Shown here: in pieces, positions 57,170 to 64,000 of the stretch
Layout: each line of letters begins with the position of its first letter
Position numbering within the stretch: the stretch's first letter is position 1
Notes under the pieces: model-generated
What the model was told of the DNA's origin: nothing
Database searches by the model: none
Seen by the model: only the letters and a program-made list of their open reading frames with translations
Position numbers and translations under genes: made by a program
Source: the human T2T-CHM13v2.0 reference genome, Homo sapiens
NCBI RefSeq assembly: GCF_009914755.1
Contig: NC_060929.1
Direction: 5' to 3' (one strand)
Length of the DNA stretch: 64,000 bases

Positions 57170-57641
57170 ATGACATTTGGATAGATGAAAAGCAAAGCTC
57201 CAAATAGATCTCCAGACTTATAAATCAAGGTATCATTCAGTAAACCTTAAATATATACAAAAATACAATAACTTCCCAGCTTCAAATTACAAAACTCTAC
57301 CAGGTGAGGCCACAGAGAAAATTGCAACCAGGGGCCAAGATAACAGCAAGATGGAGAGGTACCAGGCAGCTTTTGTATGACAAGTGGAAAGTTTGGCTAG
57401 CTTTGGTGCATTTCTTGCAGGTTGGCTAATTTGAATATCCGGGACCAAGTTCTCTGATACTTGGCCCTCAGGAAAATTAGGGCAGGTTACAGATAGGTCT
57501 AAGGGTGTGAAAGTCTGATGAAGAAGTGGTTGGGGTGTGGACTTAATCAGCTGCTGAAAAATGAGAACAGACCAGTTTCTAACCATGCCTCGAAACTGGG
57601 TCAAGACAGCATTAAAATAAATAAACAAACAACTATATCAC
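57170..57641 (-). mobile_element. Old ERVL LTR (MER76/MER77-like)
   Basis: 'tacttggccctc', 'aagtggttggggtgtggacttaatcagctgct', 'aaactgggtcaagacagcatt' match a recalled ERVL LTR. Family and left edge are uncertain. Confidence 0.5.
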
Positions 57642-58296
57642 ACCCCTGGTCCTATAGTGTGCCCTGTGACTTATCTATTCCAAATGCTCATTATTCCTAC
57701 TTCTTAATCTTGAGATTCCATTCCTCAGATTCAGTTCCCTAATATTCATCTCTTCTCAAAGTTTACATTCATTGTACATCTTTTGCTTCTACAACCCAGA
57801 AATGAACATATGGAGGCCAGAAAAAAGTGGTTCATAAATCATATGTAAATAAAACATACAGTAATTATAGTTTTAAACTTAGAAATTTTACCTTATAAAT
57901 ATATCACTTCGAAATACTAAAGTGGAATATAACTTAAGGCATACTACTTTCCCTTTTAGTGTGGCACCATATAATAACTCTAGTTTATAATGCAGTATCT
58001 GTATAAATCAGTCTATGAGCATAGCAACATATGCACAAAACATTGCATTTTAGTGCAGCTCTGATGTATATGCACAGTACCTCCCTCCACTGTTAATGAG
58101 ACCCCAGACAACTGCACCTAGAAGCAGCAGCATACCTGGTTTTTCCTTTCCTCAATCAGATTTAAACCTCAGAAGTCTGTATTTCTGTGTTCACCTAAAC
58201 TTGAAAACATTCTCTCCAGATCCTAATGTGGCTAGCTGACTCTTCCATTGGTAAATTGTCTCATTATTATTAGAACTTCAGGATCCATAATAGATC

Positions 58297-60548
58297 TGAT
58301 ATGGTTTGGCTGTGTCCCCACCCAAATCTCATCTTGAATTCCCATGTGCTATGGGAGAGACTTAGCGGAAGGTAATTGAATCATGGGGGCAGGTCTTTCC
58401 TGTGCTACTCTCTTGATAGTGAATAAGTCTCATGAGATCTGATGGTTTAAAACAAGGAAGTATCCCTGAACAAGCTCTCTTCTCTTGTCAGCTGCCATGT
58501 GAGACAGGCCTTCCACATTCTGCCATGATTGTGAGGCCTCCCCAGCCATGTGGAACTGTAAGTCCATTAAACCTTTTGCTTTTGTACATAGCCCGGTTTC
58601 GGGGATGTCTTTATCAGCAGCATGAAAATGGACTAATTAGTACTGGTAGAGTGGGGCACTGCACCTGAAAATTTGGAAGCAATTTTGGAACTGGGTAATA
58701 GGCAGAGGTTGGAACAGTTTGGAGGGCTCAGAAGAAGACAGAAAAACGTGGGAAAGTGTGGAACTTCCTAGAGACTTTTTGAATGGCTTTGACCAAAATG
58801 TTTATAATGATATGGACAATGAAATCAAGGCTGAGGTGGTCTCAGATGGAGAGGAGGAACTACTTGGGAACTGGAGTAAAGGTGACACTTGTTATGTTTT
58901 AACAAAGAGACTGGAGGCATTTTGTCCCTGCCCTAAAGATGTGTGGAATTTTGAACATGAGAGAGATGATGTAGGGTATTGGGAAGAAGAAATTTCTAAG
59001 CAGCAAAGCACACAAGATATGACTTGGGTGCTGTTAAGGCATTCAGTTTTATAAAGGAAACAGAGCATAAAAGTTTGGAAAATTTACAGCCTGACAATGC
59101 CATGGAAAGGAAAACCCCATTTTCTGAGGAGAAATTCAAGCTGGCTGCAGAAATTTGCATTAAAAATGAGAAGCCAAATGTTAATCACCTAGTCAATGGG
59201 AAAAATGTCACGAGGGCATGTTAGAGACCTTTGTGGCAGCCCTTCCCATCACATCTCCAGAGGTTTTGGAGGAAAAAATTATTTTGTGGGCCGGGCCCAG
59301 GGTCCCTCTGCTGTGTGCAGTGTAGGGACTTGGTGCCTTGCAACTCAGCTGCTCCAGCCATGACTAAAAGGAGCCAAGGTACAGCTCAGGCTGTTGCTTC
59401 AGAAGATGGAAGCCCCAAGCCCTGGCAACTTCCACGTGGTGTTGAGCCTGCAGGTACACAGAAGTCAAGAATTGAGTTTTGGGAACCTCTGCCTTGATCT
59501 CAGAGGATGTGTAGAAATACCCGGATGCCTAGGCAGAAGTTTGCTGCATGGGTGGGGCTCTCATGGAGAACCTCTGCTAGGGCAGTGCAGAAAGGAAACA
59601 TGGGATCAGAGCCCTCACATAGAGTCCCTACTGGGGCTCTGCCTAGTGGAGCTGTGAGAAGAGGGCCACCATCCTCTAGACACCAGAATGGTGGATCCAC
59701 TGACAGCTTGCACCATGTTCCTGGAAAAGCCACAGACACTCAACACCAGCCTGTGAAAGTAGTCAGGAGGGAGGCTATAACCTGCAATGCCACGAGGGCA
59801 GAGCTGCCCCAGGCCATGGAAATCCACCTCTTGCATCAGTGTAACCTGGATGTGAAATATAGAGTCAAAGGAGATCATTTTAGAGCTTTAAGATTTGACT
59901 GCCCTGCTGGATTTCAGACTTGCATGGGGCTTGTAGACCCTTTGTTTTGGCCGATTTCTCCCATTTGGAATGGCTGTATTTACCTGTAAATGGGGGCCTG
60001 TACCCCCATTGCATCTAGGGTACAGATAACTTGCTTTTGATTTTATAGGCTCATGGCCAGAAGGGACTTGCCTTGTCTCAGATGGACTGAGACTGAGATT
60101 TTGGACTGTGGACTTTTGAGTTAATGCTGAAATGAGTGAAGCCTTTGGGGGACTGTTGGGAAGGCAAGGTTGGTTTTGAAATGTGAGGACATAAGATTTG
60201 GGAGGGGCCAGGGACAGAATGATATGGTTGGCTGTGTCCTCACCTAAATCTCATCTTGAATTCCCATGTGTTGTGGGAGGTAATTGAATCATGGGGGCAG
60301 ATCTTTCCTGTTCTGTTCTTGTGATAGTGAATAAGACTTCTGAGATCTGATGGTTTTATAAATGGGAGTTTCCCTGCACAAGCTCTCTCCTCTTGTCAGC
60401 CACCATGTGAGACATGACTTTCACCTTCTGCTATGATTGTGAGGCCTCCTCAGCCACGTGGGACTGTAAGTCCATTAAAACTCTTTCTTTCGTAAATTGC
60501 CCAGGCTTGGGTATGTCTTTATCAGCAGTGTGAGAATGGACTAATACA
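58297..60548 (+). mobile_element. THE1A-like MaLR provirus: 5'LTR 58297-58637, internal 58638-60219, 3'LTR 60220-60548
   Basis: Two direct LTRs starting tgatatggtt. Purine-rich tract at 60200-60219. 5-bp TSD agatc/aggtc. Internal ORF remnants (MEGSEEDRKTWESVELPRD...). Confidence 0.94.
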
Positions 60549-60574
60549 AGGTCTTTCTACAATAGGTACCAAGC

Positions 60575-60770
60575 ATCAAGTCTCTGTTATATGCCAGATG
60601 TTGCCCAAGGTGATTTTTCTACATATCTGCAATACTGATATCAACGAGTAAATCAGGGGTTATTGTTCCCCTCTTGAAGATAAAAACACTGAGATGCAGA
60701 TGACCTGTCTTAGATCACAAGATCTGCCTTGGGGCAGAATTTTAAAGCAGGGCTTTAATTTTTCCACTAA
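60575..60770 (-). mobile_element. MIR fragment
   Basis: 'ttattgttcccctcttgaagataaaaacactgagatgcagatgacctgtcttagatcaca'. Confidence 0.5.
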
Positions 60771-63558
60771 GCCAAAATGATTAATTTTGTCATCTTTTTT
60801 TCACCGAAAGACACATGCTCCACCATCTTAAATTTCAACCAATAGTTCTATAGTCCCATCTATTTATTAGTTGAGTACAGTTGTAGAAATAATTTTCTTA
60901 TCTTTTGCAAATAAAATTAATATCACAATAATAAACTATATAGTTTCTTGGAGACTTGGTTAACTTTGAAAGGGTTTTGGCAAAATACAAAATTAAAATA
61001 ATTTTATTAAAAAATCCTCCAAATTTGGGGTATATTAGCACCTTGATTTTTAATGTGTACTATAACTTAATTGGATTATGTCAGTAAAAATAAAAATTGG
61101 GGGTAAAAAGTTCATTGGAACTTAATCTATTGCAACATATTTATTAGCAAAACTACTAAGCACTGGTTGATCATTGGACACTAAGCACTAGTATGCAGTG
61201 CTACTCAGTGAAATTCAGGAAAGGTGTATGAGCAGCTTGAGTTATGTTAAGTCATTCTAAGAAGGTTTACATTCATACAAAAAATAGCAAATCTATCCCA
61301 ACCTCCCAACCCTTTCTCCACTAAACCTCCACACTTTCTACACCCACAATGCAATTGATTGATTTAGTATAATTACGCTCCTAGAGAACCAATTCATTTG
61401 AAAACCAGAATCCATGAGAAATACTAAAAAATAATCAGACTTGACTCACCCCCAGTTCATTTGCTTTGTGATGAAAGAACTCCTTAAAGGTAAACAATGA
61501 ATATTAGTTAGCTTTGTTCAAGTAGGGCATTTGATACCCAGAGAAAAATAAGCAGGAGAGTGAATAAAGCAGTAGTCACATTTCTGAAGAATGAAGTCTG
61601 TAGATTGCAAGTGACAGGTTCAATTACTGGTCCATGGGCCACTGACACATCTGCCTTGAAGTCTGAGGAATGGGCAGTGGAAAAAGGATGAATAACTCTC
61701 AAGATTTAGAGAAAATATGTAACAACTCAGGCAGAAAATTAGCAATTACATTTCGTGCCATCAGTAATAACTATTTCAACAAAGATCTTAGGTTAACGTC
61801 AGACTGTGTGACAGTATATCAACTATTACACCTGTGTTCAATCAGCCACCACATCCCTCAATGCGATACTGAGCTGTTTAGTTCAAATGTGGCTTGTTCA
61901 GTGATAAGCAAGATGGCTGACATCTGGTACAGAAGTATTCAAAGGCAATTTACTTCAGAGTTTTGATGCTGACTGTTGTAAAAAGAAAAATTTTATAAAA
62001 TTTGGACAGTTGCAATTTGTTCAGGTTTTCTTTTGATTTTTTTCAGTAACAAAATTATAACTTTATTAAAGATAAAGTAGAAAATTATATAAGTAGATCA
62101 GCAAAAATTTTTCAGAGAAGAATTTTTCAGATTTAAGGTTAAATAAAATGTCAACTGTAATAAAACTATAAATTCATGATATTATTTTTGTGTTTCAGAG
62201 TAAAGGCATAAAGCAATAAATGATAAATTACAAATAGAAACAGAAGAGTGTGACTCTATAATGTATTATCTTCTCTATATTTTTAATTTAAATCTGATTT
62301 GATGTTTTAGATCTAGCCAATAAGGTTTTTATTTTAAATATATACTTAAAAAATAACGTGAGAATTATAATTGATTTCTTACCAACAAATAAATACAATT
62401 AATTTAGCCTAGGAGCCCTATCATCTTATACATTTATAATCAGACATGTACAATGAATAAAAATAACACAATGTTCACTAACATGTCAACAAATGGCTAA
62501 TTATGAGATTATAATATAACAGTATCTATAAAAATAATTCTAAGTGGAGTTAACAAATGGCTGTCTTTAGTCTGAAAAATGTATTTGAAAATAGCCTTTT
62601 CAGATATAACAAGAGAGAGATAAGATCTTACTCTTCATCATTAAGGTATGTGAGCCAGATACTGTATATTGCCATCCTGGAAGTCACACTAGTTATAATT
62701 TTTAAAAAATTATTTGCGAGAGAAAAACAAGCAAATCAAATTTCCTCAAGTTAAATCAGTAGATGATTTTTATCATGCTCTGACATTAAATTCATATTAG
62801 TGATGCCTCACCTATGATAGATTTTTTAACAATAGATTAAGCTATTCTCATATGATACGTACTCATTTTTAAATAATTTGTATAACTGGTATTAGTCCAA
62901 TGATATATGCATAATGTCTGTATGTATAGTTATGTATGGATGGATTTTATATATATTTATATGTAATATATACAATACATAATGTTTTACATATTATGTA
63001 TTACATATACTTAATAACCAAAATATAATTGTTGGTTTACCTTTCAACATTTTATAGGAAGACAACAGATTATTGTGAACGAGCTGATTCTTCTAAAAGG
63101 CCCTTCAAGATTACCCTTCAAGCTGGATAATCACCTGTTTGCTCATGTATGACTCTGTCTTGAATAACAGGACAAATACATATATACACACACACACACA
63201 AACACACAAATAATGATGAACGTGACAGTGATAGCTAAAATAGATTAATTGCTATGCAAAACACATTATCTTATTCAATTTGTGTAAGGAAGTCTAAATG
63301 CAGATTTAGAAGTTATGTTGCCTTGCAAAATAGACATTTTCCCAAAGAGTTGTTTGAACCAAACAATGGTAAATCACAGACATTTTACATTATCTAAAGA
63401 ATAATTTTACACAATGTAAAAAACACTTTTCAAAAGTGAAGGCTATTTTTATTTCCTTCTGAGTTAGTCTGACAAATTCAAAATACATGTATTTACATTT
63501 ATGTTTATATTCTTAAAGCAGGTACAACTAAACTTACTGCATAAATACAGATCACTTC

Positions 63559-64000
63559 TGTATTATTTAGGGTTCTCTAGGGGGACAGAAGTAATAGGAT
63601 AGACATACATATAAAGAGGTGTTTGTTAATGAGTACTGACTCACGTGATCACAAGTTGAGGTTCCACAATAGGCCATCTGTAAACTGAGGAGCAAGGAAG
63701 CCAGTCCCAGTTCCAAAACCTCGAAAATAAGGAAGCCGACAGTGCAACCTTCAGTCTGAGGCCAAAGGTCCAAGAGTTCCAAAGCTGAAGGACTTGGAGT
63801 TTGATGTTGCAGGGCAGGTAGCATCCGGCACAGGGGAAAGATGGAGGCCAGAAGACTCAGCCAGTCTAGTCTTTCCACGTGCTTCTGCCTGCTCCTTTTT
63901 CTGGTCACAGTGGCAGCTGATTAGATTGTGCCCACCCAGAGAAAGGGTGGGCCTGCCTTTCCCAGTCCACTGACTCAAATGTTAATCTTCTTTGGCAACA
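63559..64000 (-). mobile_element. MLT2A (A2-like) HERV-L LTR, running off the window end
   Basis: 'tgtatt...agggttctctag', 'gaggagcaaggaagccagtcc', 'ccagtccactgactcaaatgttaatc'. Confidence 0.9.

Noticed and set aside
57287-57628. 113-aa minus-strand ORF
   Set aside because: It overlaps a probable old ERVL LTR, with no recognisable domain or exon context.
59507-59989. Longest ORF in the window (160 aa)
   Set aside because: Fragment of the frameshifted THE1 internal ORF, not a host gene.

Overview
AT-rich, repeat-dense catarrhine primate (human-like) genomic DNA. I see no supportable protein-coding gene, tRNA/rRNA or CRISPR array. Most ORFs in the track are transposon remnants or chance frames. 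The window is a layered transposon record. It holds a near full-length L1PB (21493-28779, 13-bp TSD) carrying nested Alu and MER11 insertions, a 5'-truncated L1MA2-like element, and a two-LTR THE1A provirus. It also holds solo LTRs (MER52, two MER11, MER31, MER61, MLT1A/A0/C, MLT2B, MLT2A2), DNA transposons (MER75 piggyBac, Tigger4, Charlie1, MER58, MER102), Alus/FAM/FLAM, old L1M/L2/MIR debris and microsatellites. Family names come from my recollection of repeat consensus sequences plus directly visible termini and TSDs, and need RepeatMasker/Dfam confirmation. I found no convincing novel biological system. The best leads are regulatory: a DUX4-motif LTR cluster with a possible LTR-initiated spliced minus-strand lncRNA (58-64 kb), an intact CpG-rich MER52 promoter, and a pair of co-oriented MER11 LTRs.
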